Of a stretch of DNA of 64,000 nucleotides, positions 13,281 to 25,328 are shown in pieces. The position numbers and the translations under genes were made by a program. The stretch covers positions 558,001 to 622,000 of the forward strand of contig CM120649.1 in assembly GCA_051362555.1 (NCBI GenBank), given 5' to 3'. This DNA is from Lingula anatina (lineage: Eukaryota > Animalia > Brachiopoda). The notes under the pieces were generated by a model. That model was not told the origin of the DNA. It made no database searches and saw nothing but the letters and a program-made list of their open reading frames with translations. How positions within the stretch are numbered: position 1 is the first letter of the stretch; every line of letters begins with the position of its first letter.

Positions 13281-16085
13281 CCCCACAGTCGAACCAGAAA
13301 TGACCGTGTTTTGCACGTTTTCTGCATGTTCTCCCAAAGCGACATGTCTGCACAGCTGGCTGGTACAGACCTAAAATAACGTGAGATAAGTCTGGATTTT
13401 GAATCAAAATACATGACCAGCCTAGATTTAGCTTAGTTATTTTCTAAGTACATAAACACAAGAATCTGTGAAAAAAAGCTGTAAGCTCTACGTACGTAAA
13501 TCAGCAACGTCTTGCATTTGGTGCAAACACTGATGTAAGTGATTTTAGACAAATGCTGCGTTTTTCAAAAGAAGATACATACATTGTAAGGCATTCCCTA
13601 CAATATCAATTTGGAACGTTCCGACTTTATCGGCACCTGAGCTTTAAAATCTGCAGTTCACACAAGTAAACTGCAGTGTGACGTTAAATATCGTTTTCTT
13701 CGTCTCCCTATTAATAAGCTAAACATGAGCACGATCAAATAGTTCTTAACTTCGTGCATGTCAACACAAAAATCACTTCAGCGCTCTTGAATGATCAACG
13801 TGCAAAAGCAGCACATTCTCCGAAGGAGCGTGTTTTCAGAGGTAAAAATCTGGAAAGCCAGTACTGGCACCTGACTGAAAAATCGTCAATTGAAGTTCAA
13901 GTGCATTTCACCATATATATGTACTGAATAGCGACAAGTGACACAAAAAGGGAACAAAATCCATAATTGAACAAATATATATATATATGATCAAACAAAA
14001 AAGACAGAAATAAGACGAATCAGACAGAGAAATCTTGTTTATAAATAAATTAACTTAAGATTTCGTTTTGCGTTTATGCAGCGTTCAGTGTCCCCGAAAG
14101 CCAGCCCTGGTTGTGCCGAGGGACTAGACATTCAGCTGCGGCGTTAGTTATATCCATTACTATGATGCTGCCAGCGCTGTCACCCGAAGTCGAGGTGTGG
14201 TAGACTCCAACCTGAAGCCGTATTTCCAATCTGATGTTGTTGACGTGGCTTGGTTTGACCTGGAACAACTGATAGACGGAGTAACATCATCTCATCGCAA
14301 AGAGCACATGTAGTGCCTATGGCATACTGCACACTGGTCACTAAATTGAAGCAGGTCCCAGTTTCAGAAAAAAAACTTTAGTCAGTTAATTGACTAGGAT
14401 TTTCATGAGAGTTCTGTTACACAGCTCCTGATAGGGTAAGATGTGCCCATGTGACCATGTTACCTTGGTTATTAAGTTCTTAGCCAGGGAACCTGACTTA
14501 AATTTTTGTAAAACCAAGGCCAGATCTCATGTCGTAAGCGTGGCGTGCCAACTGCAGGGGAGTCACTTGACAAATCTGGGGGAGGGCACAGAACACTTGC
14601 ACCCCCTCCACTCCCCCATGTTCAAAACGCCTTTCTTCTCTTTCCCCACCAAAGCTACATAGCAGTATAACGTGCAAAACGAGACAAATCAAGCATTTTC
14701 ATAACCCACGTTTTCTTATCCATGGCATAAAATAATCACAAATAAATAAAAAATAACAATAAAAAAGAAATCACTTGCCGTTTACATTTTCAGCTTCGTT
14801 TATTCTTTCAATTTATTATCCTTCTCCTGTGACAGGAAGCCCGAATTAAGCCTACCGTCTGACATCAGGGGGCTCTTATTTAGTATACACAATTAAAGGA
14901 TAGACCGATACAATGTAACAGACTACTAGATGCAGCAGGTTCCATGGTCAGAGTCTGAGTAAGGCCGACCTAATGCGAATAGAGACACGACTCGAATACC
15001 GCGAAAATGAACCTGGGAAATGAAAGTTGTGTGGTATGGACTACACGTAGTTCTCGAAATGATGTGATTCGTGAAACACGTTATTTTGAATAACGCCACA
15101 AGCTGTGATGTAGCTAGTAATGCTGAAATGTCATACAAGGAATACTTGGTCATTTACACTAGGTGCGGTTATTCTACAAAACGTTTAGCCTATAAGCTAT
15201 AGCTAAGCCTATAGCTATTATACTGAGTAAAATGTTAAAGTGATAGTAAATATTGTAGCCATCTGTGACAAAACGGCCTTGGGGCTCTAAATTGTCATTT
15301 GTAGTGCGTTGAATGCAGAGGTTCCAGAAACTGGTCCCTGGAAATCTGCCACTGGTTAAATTTTACTGTGTCAAGATACGAGACGGTCACATCTTAAAGT
15401 ACTTTAAAGTGTATTATTTATGTAAAGGGCAGGGACCTTACAGCACATTTAATACAGTGGAAAAGGAGTGCTGAAACAAACAACATTTATTTCATTTCCA
15501 AACAACAATTAACATGGTTTCTCCTTCAAAGTAATTTTCTTGGAGTTTAATGCAATTCCCCACATTTTAGTGTCACGCTTCTATGAATTGCAGTTAATAA
15601 TCTCTCTTAGTCCATTCATTACGGCGCACTTGACAGGCTCCACTACACTCAATAACAGGTGTCTTGACGTCCTTGAACTTGCAAAAATGAAAACTGTCAC
15701 TCTGCGTAATTGAGATCAGGTGGACGATAGAGCATTATAAGCCACACTGGGGGAACTTTCGTATTCTAATAGGCACCTGGACTTCAAGCCGTCTCTTCGA
15801 GCACAAGGCACCTTGCGTAGATCGGAATCCGTTTTCTACATAACAAGGTATTGGCCACAGTCCAATGAGGGAAATCTGAAAATGGTTTGTGCGTGAGATA
15901 CGTCACATGTACTTGAGGCGGTGTGTTAAAAAATGTACTTCTGGTAATTGAAATCAAATATGCTGTTATTTATGAAGAAAGATTTATAAACTGCAAAAAG
16001 CTAAAAGAAATGAAAAAACATAGCGCGCAGAGTTATTCAATGTTGCAAGTATATTATGAGAGAGAGAGAGAGAGAGAGAGACCTT

Positions 16086-19000
16086 TTATACTTCTTGGCC
16101 ATTGGATCTCCTTTTACGGAACAAAAAGGCAAGGACCATTGCTGCAAGGAATCAGAATGTTGTTCAGTCAAGTATATTTTTATTGCCTGACTGAAGCAAG
16201 ACACACTATTCGTTGTGCCTGCCCCCTCCCCTATCTTCGCAATCTTCTAGAGTCTGAAAATGCCAAGCGCTATGGCATACCCGACTGCAATAACGTGGTA
16301 TGAGATCGCCATTACAAGACTTTCATTTGGCATTAATGCAGACTATTGTGTCTGGTCATATCTGCCTTTCGATAATGAGCGAAATCAAGAGTGTTACAGG
16401 ACAATACGGAGCAAGTGTTAATATTTTTGACGTCAAGATACATCTCCTTTACTGAGTTTTAGTATTAGTTATAAATCAGTTCATCATCTATATTTTTTTC
16501 ATTTGCTCATGCACCAATCACAAGTTGCACTGATGACATTAGAATGGATTTGTGTCGTTGTACATGTATTCTCCATAAAATTTATTGCAAAGATTCTTCG
16601 TCGCATGAAATTTCAGATATGTACAGTACCTGAATATCTGCGCCAAAGAACTGACACTGGACAATGCCACGTTAGACTAAGATATCACTTAAGTTCCAAT
16701 AACATGAGCGCTATTCAAAGATCAAATACTCATATTCAATAACAATAAATTGAAATAAAGGCCAAATGAACCTACAATTAGTGACTTTCCAAGTAAAATA
16801 AATTATACAACAATAACAGCACAGCGCGATACACATATAATCTCACTTCGATACTATTAATCAAGGTTCGGTAGTTAAAACACAATGATTTCGCCTTGAT
16901 ATGCGTTTTGCAAGGATGGCATCGGTAAGATGTTTTTTTTTATCTGTGGCGAAAAGCAATGAACTTCACGGCTGGGAACGGGCGTCATTATGCAGCATCA
17001 AAGGCCGAACATTTTCCAAATCCTCGCGTAAGACGCGATTCATTAACTAATCACTACCCGCCAATTTGCGCTTCCTGTTATAAAAACAAATTGTGTAAAT
17101 TATTAAGGCCGGCATTTCTGCCAATTTTCTGTCAATTTTCCCAGGGTAAATCACAAAAAAATATTGTTGACATTATGCCCCTAAGTATATAGCAGCACGC
17201 TTGAAAATAATAAGCTTTATTGTCCAGAAAGCGACGTAACGAAGCTACTGCCCATAACAGAGAGCTTTCTTACACCCCATTTCCATTGATTAGATCGACC
17301 TACTTTAGATCGACCTAACTCCCTGGGGGTTCACGCTAAATAGCTGTCAGCCGGGCGGACACGAAAGTTAATTACCCTCTTACAGCTTGTAGTAGGCGGG
17401 ACGGACATTTAAGTCGGATCATCTGACAGTAATCTAGTGAGACTCTCCGCGGGGATAGATCGATCTAAAATCTATGGGAATAGAGCCTAAAAGCTGCATG
17501 TGTTCCTTTTATTAGCAATGGCAGGTCCTGGGGGGGGGGGGGGGGGGGGGGGGCTCAGAGGGTCACCGCGAGAGGGTGAAATAATAAATAAACTTAAAAG
17601 GTTTACAACTGTTCATTTTGGCCAAAAAACGACAATTTTCCCATACTTACCAATGGTTAATGATTCCATTTTCACATTCAAAGTTAGTCCCTGTTTTTTT
17701 ATGTATAAAGTTAAAAAGTTTTTCTTTTTCAATAATCTATTAAGAGATTATTACAGAGTTTAGCCATCATGTGGTCCGCTGACAAGCACAATTTTCAAAA
17801 TAATGGCTATAACTGCCGTTTTTGTGGAAACATAGGATATATTATATTTCTGTAAGTTGTTAACAATGTATTGATTGTGAAATACAGATCTCATAGGAAG
17901 AAATGTTATCCCTTTAATACCCTGGTTAGCATATGAGCGTCATTTAACCAGAGCCTAAGCTTGTGCAAGAGAGTAAACCTCTCTGTGTGTAGTTGCACGT
18001 TGGGAGCTGCCAAACTGAGCAGTTATAACCTGTATCGCTTTAGTGTATCAATGTGAAAGAATCTAAGAGTACTGGGCTCCTATGGGCTCCTAACACAGGC
18101 CTACCCAACTACCAGACTCGGCACCTAAGGATCCTGAATTAACCGGTATATCGGACCACACTACCCGTTTTCAAGGTGTGTGTCAGATCGTATTTCGGAG
18201 TATCATACCCAGAACAAATTTTGTAGGACGACTGCGAGCTCATCCACGCTCGACTGAACAACCTGAAACAGTACTCTTACTTTAGAGTACTCTATTTCAT
18301 TGTCTCTATGGGGGTATATGGGGACTTTACGACATTCGGTTTGAATGTTTTAACCACTTTTGATAGGGCTATTTTGCATTGTATTAGATTAATGTGGCAG
18401 TCTAAGGTTCATCTAGGTGGCTTTCAAATTTATGCACCCGGTTTTAAAATCATATAGCGATTAAATACGACAATCATTTACTATCCAATCAAGGTGACAG
18501 CCGAGCGTGGGCTCATCCTGTCGGTGTTCTGACTGATACTCCGAAATGCGATCTGACACACACCTTGAAAACGGGTAGTGTGGTCCAATATACCGGTTAA
18601 TTCAGGATCCTTAGGTGCCGAGTCTGGTAGTTGGTTAGGCCTGTAACAGGATCGGTCCATCTCCAGGGGGTTTCTCGCTAAATCGCCTCCAGCTTAAGCG
18701 GCTTAGATGTCTGCCACGCCTACTGAAGCTCCTATTAAAAGATAGTTAATTACCCCCTAGCTTCAGTATGCGTGTCAGACATCTAAGTTGATTGCAAATG
18801 AACGAGAATCCCCTTGGAAATAGTTCGATCCAAAGATAGTACGATAGGTTCTGGGAATGGTCCCTAAATAGAAAACCCATCCAGTACTTGCCCAGAAACG
18901 TGCAGCCTGCCACGGTTCCATACAGAGTGTACCACGGTGTATTGACGAAGATTTCTGCAGCAAGTGTGGCAGCAAAAGGGTCGTTTAAAACCTAGAAAAA

Positions 19001-22000
19001 ACGACGAGAGTGCAAAAGGATAAGAATATTTAACCTCATGCGAAAAGATAATTGAAAATTGAGTTAGAAATGATAAAGAACGGATATGTGTGTGGCGCCT
19101 TGGTTAATTTGTTTGTTGCAAATAAATAAAAAGCTAACAAGCAAATAAACTGTGCATAAAAACCGTTGGATTAAAACACGAGCTAATAGAAGACTGAAGT
19201 TTATTAACAAGAGACAGTACAATATGGAGGAGTTGGTTACACAGAAGAACAAGTAAACGTAGAAAGCAAATCATCATGCGACAAATCATAAGAACGCATG
19301 CACTGTAGGTCTTCTAGCCTGAAACACCTTACTCAATTTAAGCCACGACACTATCGCGTGAAGATATATATAAGTTTCATTACAGTTTATATTTGGTTGC
19401 TTTCTATTATGTTGCTAAATTGAGCTTTCACAATTGCTTTTTGCTTATAAGATACCAACCCCAGAAATCTTGAGGACATAGCCCTCTTTATGCAATATTC
19501 TTTGTGTTGTATTAGAAAGTGATTATGAAGTTAGAGAGTGGGTGTTCGCGGGGCTTGTTATCTCACTTATCCCAGGTCTGACACTTCGAAAAATAGCACA
19601 CGCGATATTATATTTGACTTATCACATAAACTGAATATCAAAACAGAGTATTCCACACATATGCTATTTCCGTTTCTTTAAGAATTGTTTTCGGACACAG
19701 TTTCTATAATTTGTTTTCCAATTTATTTTCTTGATTCTACTGAAAGAATAAGAGATGTTCAAGCGTCTACCGTACCTGTGAAGAAAACAACAATCCATAT
19801 TTCAATGACAGCTCAGCCACGCCATAGCCCCGCACAATAGCAACGGGATACAAGGAATAAATGCCAGAATACGCGCCAAACAAGAGACAGTTCCAGATGA
19901 GAAACATGTATTTCCCGCCATATTCTGTGGCCGGCATGGTGAGAGACAGGGCAATGACGGCTACATCTAAAACAAGGATGGTCGTCTGCAGTGAGAGAAA
20001 GAACGGTTTTAGAAAAAACGACACCTAAAAATGTACAGTTGAAAGAAAATATAATTTAAAGGTGAAGAACGGAACCAAGTGGCAAGAATTGTAATCTGCA
20101 AAGTAAAAATATGAGTATATCGTGTCTTACGAGGATTAAATAAATATATAAATAAATAAATAAATAATTCAATGAATAAACAATGGGCGGAACAGTTGGA
20201 AGGTTTCAAATCAGAAGTGGGATATTTCTGAAATCTCCATATTGTAAAAGTGGTGTTGACAGCTGACAAACAAATGAAGGTGATAACTGACAGGGAATAA
20301 CAACCCTTTTCTTTTCCATATTCTGTCCTCCATATTCTGGAAAAGAAAAGGGCTATTAAGATTAGTTTTATGTGACATTAAAAGTCAGAAAGGTGAGAAA
20401 AACAAATAATTGAAACACGTACGGACAGGACTCAAAGAAAAACAGCGTGAAAATGTTATTGCCTTTTTCTGTTTTGGAATCCAACATCACTGAAACCTTA
20501 ATCGCCCACGGCCCTTTCCAGTACGTGTAAATTGCGTCTAGGTGTGAAAGACGTTATTAACAAACAGAAATGAAGATGTGTGATCTAGTAATTGTTATAA
20601 ACACCGATATTATTTTCTGATTAATCCACTTGTACTTCTTGTTAGTAGCTCAGGTAAAACAAAACACCAGGCAATACTTTGAAACATAATTTCAAAAGAA
20701 GAAAAACAAAAACAAAAACACCAGGTGCCTTTTGATCAGCGTCGACCCACCAATAAAACAACTTGTAGCGTCTGCTTCACACCATCCAGTCATCCCAGTG
20801 CTCTTGCATGTAGTTAACAGAGGGGTTTAATGTTCTGATTTACAAGATGCATCTTTTAGATTAAATTAAACAGTCTGTGGAATGGTGGTTGGGGGGGGGG
20901 GGGAGCCGCTGTGTTTTAAACCCACTGTAATAAACGTTTTACGCGTGGTGCAACATCAACCCGTTCCTAAGGTTAATGTTCTGAACACGAAAACACTGAA
21001 CCTGTCAAAACAAATGCAAAATTCACAACGGTAAACACTTCCCCGGTTCATACATCATAATAAATGTTCAGCAAGTAAACACAAGATGTGTGAAAACAAT
21101 ATCAAAGTCTTTGGTGTGAATTGGCGGCTGATCGATCCTCCTACCGTAGGCTGTGAAGTTCTCCGACCTTGTGAGGGAGGACACTTTTTGTTTTGGGACC
21201 GGTGTAATGCAACTGAGGGTCTGTGTAGCAGAAAGTCCGCCATCCATTTTATTATACAGATGTGGGGTTCCCTGACATAAGTGGGTCAAAATCTAGGGCG
21301 AGGCTTAATTGTGCAAATGACTGGGGAGCAGATTCGCTATCATGGGGGACTCTCTGTCACGTTATTTTTTTTCAATGAGATGTTAAGCTCGAAATTGGCC
21401 AAAATTCTTAAATCAAACATTTGGTTACTGCCGTTCAATATGAATTCACAGAAATGCACTTTAATATATAAAGTAAGTAGTCTGAACTATTACCAATACC
21501 TTTTTTGTGACCAAATGTTTAATTCTATTATATTTCACCTATTTCCCTTGGGTCAAAGTAAACTGAACCTTTAGTTGAAAATTATAGTCGAATGCTTTGA
21601 ATTAAAATTAATTCTTAAAACAAAGACTTGGTCACAATTTGGAATTCCACTACTTGACCTAACACGAAGTCTTTTGTGCTTGGTGCTCCTATATAAAGTC
21701 TGTACATGTACAGGTAAGACTATACCTATGCGAATGTGCTAGGTAGACTATTCCCTATATAATCAAGGTAAGCTAATTGCTTCCGGAACAATGTTTAGAA
21801 GCTACAATAGTTTATTTACCTCTAAGGAGCGTTGCATATTGGAGCGACCACATTATAACTGCTATGAACTTTTTAAAATATCAGTAACGGATTTAGGGGG
21901 GGTGTAAGGGGGGTCCTGACACACCTTTCGATTTCTGAAAAAAATCACGACAAAGGTCCCCTCTTCAAATAAAAAAGACTGACTAGCTGAATCATAGTTT

Positions 22001-25000
22001 TGAGCCGCACCATATGGCGCCGTTCGCCCTCTAAAATACCAAAAAGTTTCCCCATGCCAATGGGTGGGTGAGGTGGGTGGGGTGGGGGCGTCAGCTTCGC
22101 ATTTGCGGACCACCGCTTCAAATAATCTTGGATCTACACCTGACTATGGTGATACGAAAGGTATCAGGTTTTAATAGTTATAAATATACAACTTTTGCAG
22201 CTGTTTGTTGTGTTGTGCACAGAAGAGAGCGCAATGGTTATTTTCAACAGACATCCAAAGTGTATAAGTTCTTTGCTCAGTAACATTATGTGTGAGATAA
22301 TACACTGTCACCCGAACGATATATGCCATAACACCTCGAGCGTCAGTGAGAGGTGTTCGTGGCATATATCGCGAGAGGGTGACAGTGTATTATTTGATTT
22401 AAATACCGAGAAAAAATACAGTCATTTCATCCTAAAACACCCCTAAAACCGAATAAAGTGACCCTATATCACGCTCTAAAGATGTTATACGGAATAAACT
22501 CGTCCACGTGCGCTGGTCACGTCCCGCCAAATTCTTACGTAATATCTGGCCAATTTTGGTCAATTTTTGCTAAATACTTGTCGTGAAAAGTATTTAATCA
22601 ACCGTCGACACTGACTATGCGCGTCTCAGTTGAGCCACACCTATCTGGGACTGCTGCGGAAAAAAGATCCCAAGGCAAAATCTCTACTTTTTAGTGACAT
22701 TTCTGATAAACAAGGATCGTCGGACCGGAATAAAGTCAAACTAATTTTTCACAAGTGCAAAGGATAAAGAAATTTACTTTTTGGTGATATTTCTGACAAC
22801 GAGGCAGTTTCGGAAGATAGTCAAAGTCAGACGGATGTTTATTACAAGTTCACGGAAGTTATAATTCTAGTTTTTATTGTTATTTCTGACGACGAGGCGG
22901 TTATGGAAAATAGTCAAATCGAACGGATGTTTATTTCAAGGCCACAGGAGTAATAATTCTACGTTTTGGTGACATTTTTTACTACGAGGCGGTTTCGGAA
23001 TATACATGTGCTGGTTTTCAGAGCATTCACGATGTAATTACAAGTTCAAAGGGGAATATATTTGATTTTTACCGATGTATCTGATAAAGAGGAAGAATGA
23101 ACAGCTTAAAAACAAAAGGTAAATAACACAACCCTCGTTAAAAAGTGTGGCGTAAATGTAAACTTATTCCAGGGGGTGGAAACGCGCTACTCATATGATT
23201 ATGACGAGCCTAACCGTCAGTACCGGATATAAGTTTGTGTCCTTGAGGTGTAATTAGGCTTGGTCTTTGCGGCACGCATGAACAGTAGTCGATCTACCAC
23301 GCCTGGGTCTTTTGTTATTGACAACTGTTCACTCGTCAACGAGGTGCTTGTTCAAGACTACCGACTGATATCTACTAGTATTACAAGTGGCTTCATTAGT
23401 AATGTTCCCACAATACATGGTTTTCTGTCTGTGCGTGCATACCCTGAATTTGGTTAGCCTCACTGACAAGAACAATGGACGTTTCTCACCCCTCTCTAGG
23501 ATTACCCCTGCTTATTCCCGTTTTCAATCCATACCCATATGATATGACTTAGTGTAATAAAATTTTAATTAATAATTGTTAAACGTGAAAAGTTTATGCT
23601 ACTTTTTAAAAGTGTGAGAGATTTTAAATTTGTCTACTGGTAGGTATATAACGCAAGCAACGTCACTATTCTCTTGATTCCAAGAAGGTCACATGATCAC
23701 TCTGTCTTTGGCTTTCAGCATTTAAGAGACCTCGACTGATTTAACCAAGATGTAGTCGTGAAATTCTAGAGTTTTCCGAGAGACACTACGCAGAAATGTC
23801 GAGTGAAGCGAGATATTTTTGGGTAGCGGCTCGAGGTTGCCCTCGATCTTCACTGAAGCTTGGCTAAATGGACAGGCCTCAGTGATCATCATATCGCCAC
23901 GGTCACATAACATCCCTAGGTATGTATTATCAATAAACGTTGATTTACTAGTAACTTGCCATCATTTAATCTATTATAAACTATTTGAATAATACACTGT
24001 ACTCAAACAACTACATAAAAACCAATCTGTGAAAAGTATGAACCTTTCCACTCACTAGAATGTAGACTACTACATATCAATTTAACACTTCATTAAACAA
24101 ATTGATAAAGCGTATATGAATTTGTCTCATTTCACGCTCACTTACGGTTCTCAATCTGATCTATAACATAATATTTTTTCTTTTAATGAAAAATGGTCTT
24201 AATCTGTTCTAGGAAATTCTGAAGGACTTCCCAAAAACAGTTCTCGAACTGTTACATTCATTACAGAACAACATTTAGAACCATAAAAAATACACCAAAT
24301 GTTCTAGAAGAGATTGAGAACCGTAAGTGAACGTGAAATGAAACAAATTTTCGCAGGGTCCGTTATTTTCATGCCTACCCGGAATGAGAACTGATCCACG
24401 ATAATGCCCCAGAAAATCCGGCCTCCCGCGTTGAAGAGCGCCGCCAAGGATCCACAGAGCGCCAGAAACTGGTCGTCTTTTATGAACGTTTGCCCATAGA
24501 CCTGCCGGGTATGTGACATAAAGTGTGAGGCGAAAAATTCACTACGTTTTCAAATATGTTCATATCAAAGAAAATATTTGTCGGAGAAAAACATTCAAAT
24601 TCTACGCACCACTGCATCAATATTGGTAAAAAAACGTACCAGAAAACCTCCGATTAGTCACCTGTCATTGTTCAAAACAAATCGGTAAAGAATGGGTCAA
24701 AAGGGAATCTCCAGTCCCCCCCCTCTTCTTTTTTTTTTATCTTTTTTAGCTGATTGGCTAGCACGCCCCACATTTTAAATGTGCTTCCTAAGCGGGTGTT
24801 CTATACATGTAAGAAAACCGATGTTTTACCTTGTAGAGACTAGCGTGCAAGGTGCACTCTCCGTTCAAGAAGTACATAAACCAAAGCACCCAGAACCAAC
24901 GGTCACAGAGCAGGGTCGACACTTTGAAGGTCTCTGCGCTCTCTTCTAGGAAGCTAAGGTTAGTGCCGCTGCTAAAATACACAAAATAAATATGGGTAAA

Positions 25001-25289
25001 TTGTCTATTGTAAATTCTCTATTAAAACGGATATTGTTTTACATAAAACCTTATCAATAAGGTTTCTCTCTCTCTTTCTTGCATAAATCTTTCACACTTT
25101 CATATTTTAAGTTTTCCTCTCTATCTTTCTCTCACTCTCTGTCTGTCTATTGCTGTAGGTTTTCCTCTCTTCTCTCTCTTATTTCAGGTTCTATTCCCTC
25201 ACTCTCTCTCTCTTAAGATTTTTATCTCTCTCTCTATCATTCTCTCTCTCTATCTCTCCTATTTCTCTCTTCCTCTCTCTCTTATCCTG

Positions 25290-25328
<39 letters not shown>

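Noticed and set aside
14074-14268. ORF VKPSHVNN... after ttccAG as the last exon of MFS-1
   Set aside because: No similarity to paralog C-termini; the true last exons are 18892-18991 and 16086-16141.
15600-15875. Minus-strand Cys-containing frame with CSGAC after a good acceptor, as a possible second cystine-knot (GPB5-like) gene
   Set aside because: Internal TAA, Cys spacing does not fit, and it lies in the probable 3' UTR/flank of MFS-1.
21885-22140. GC-rich GGATTTAGGGGG segments (also ~31767, 41635, 47680, 52373) as regulatory or G4 elements
   Set aside because: They look like eroded ends of a common short DNA-transposon family; boundaries and TSDs could not be fixed.
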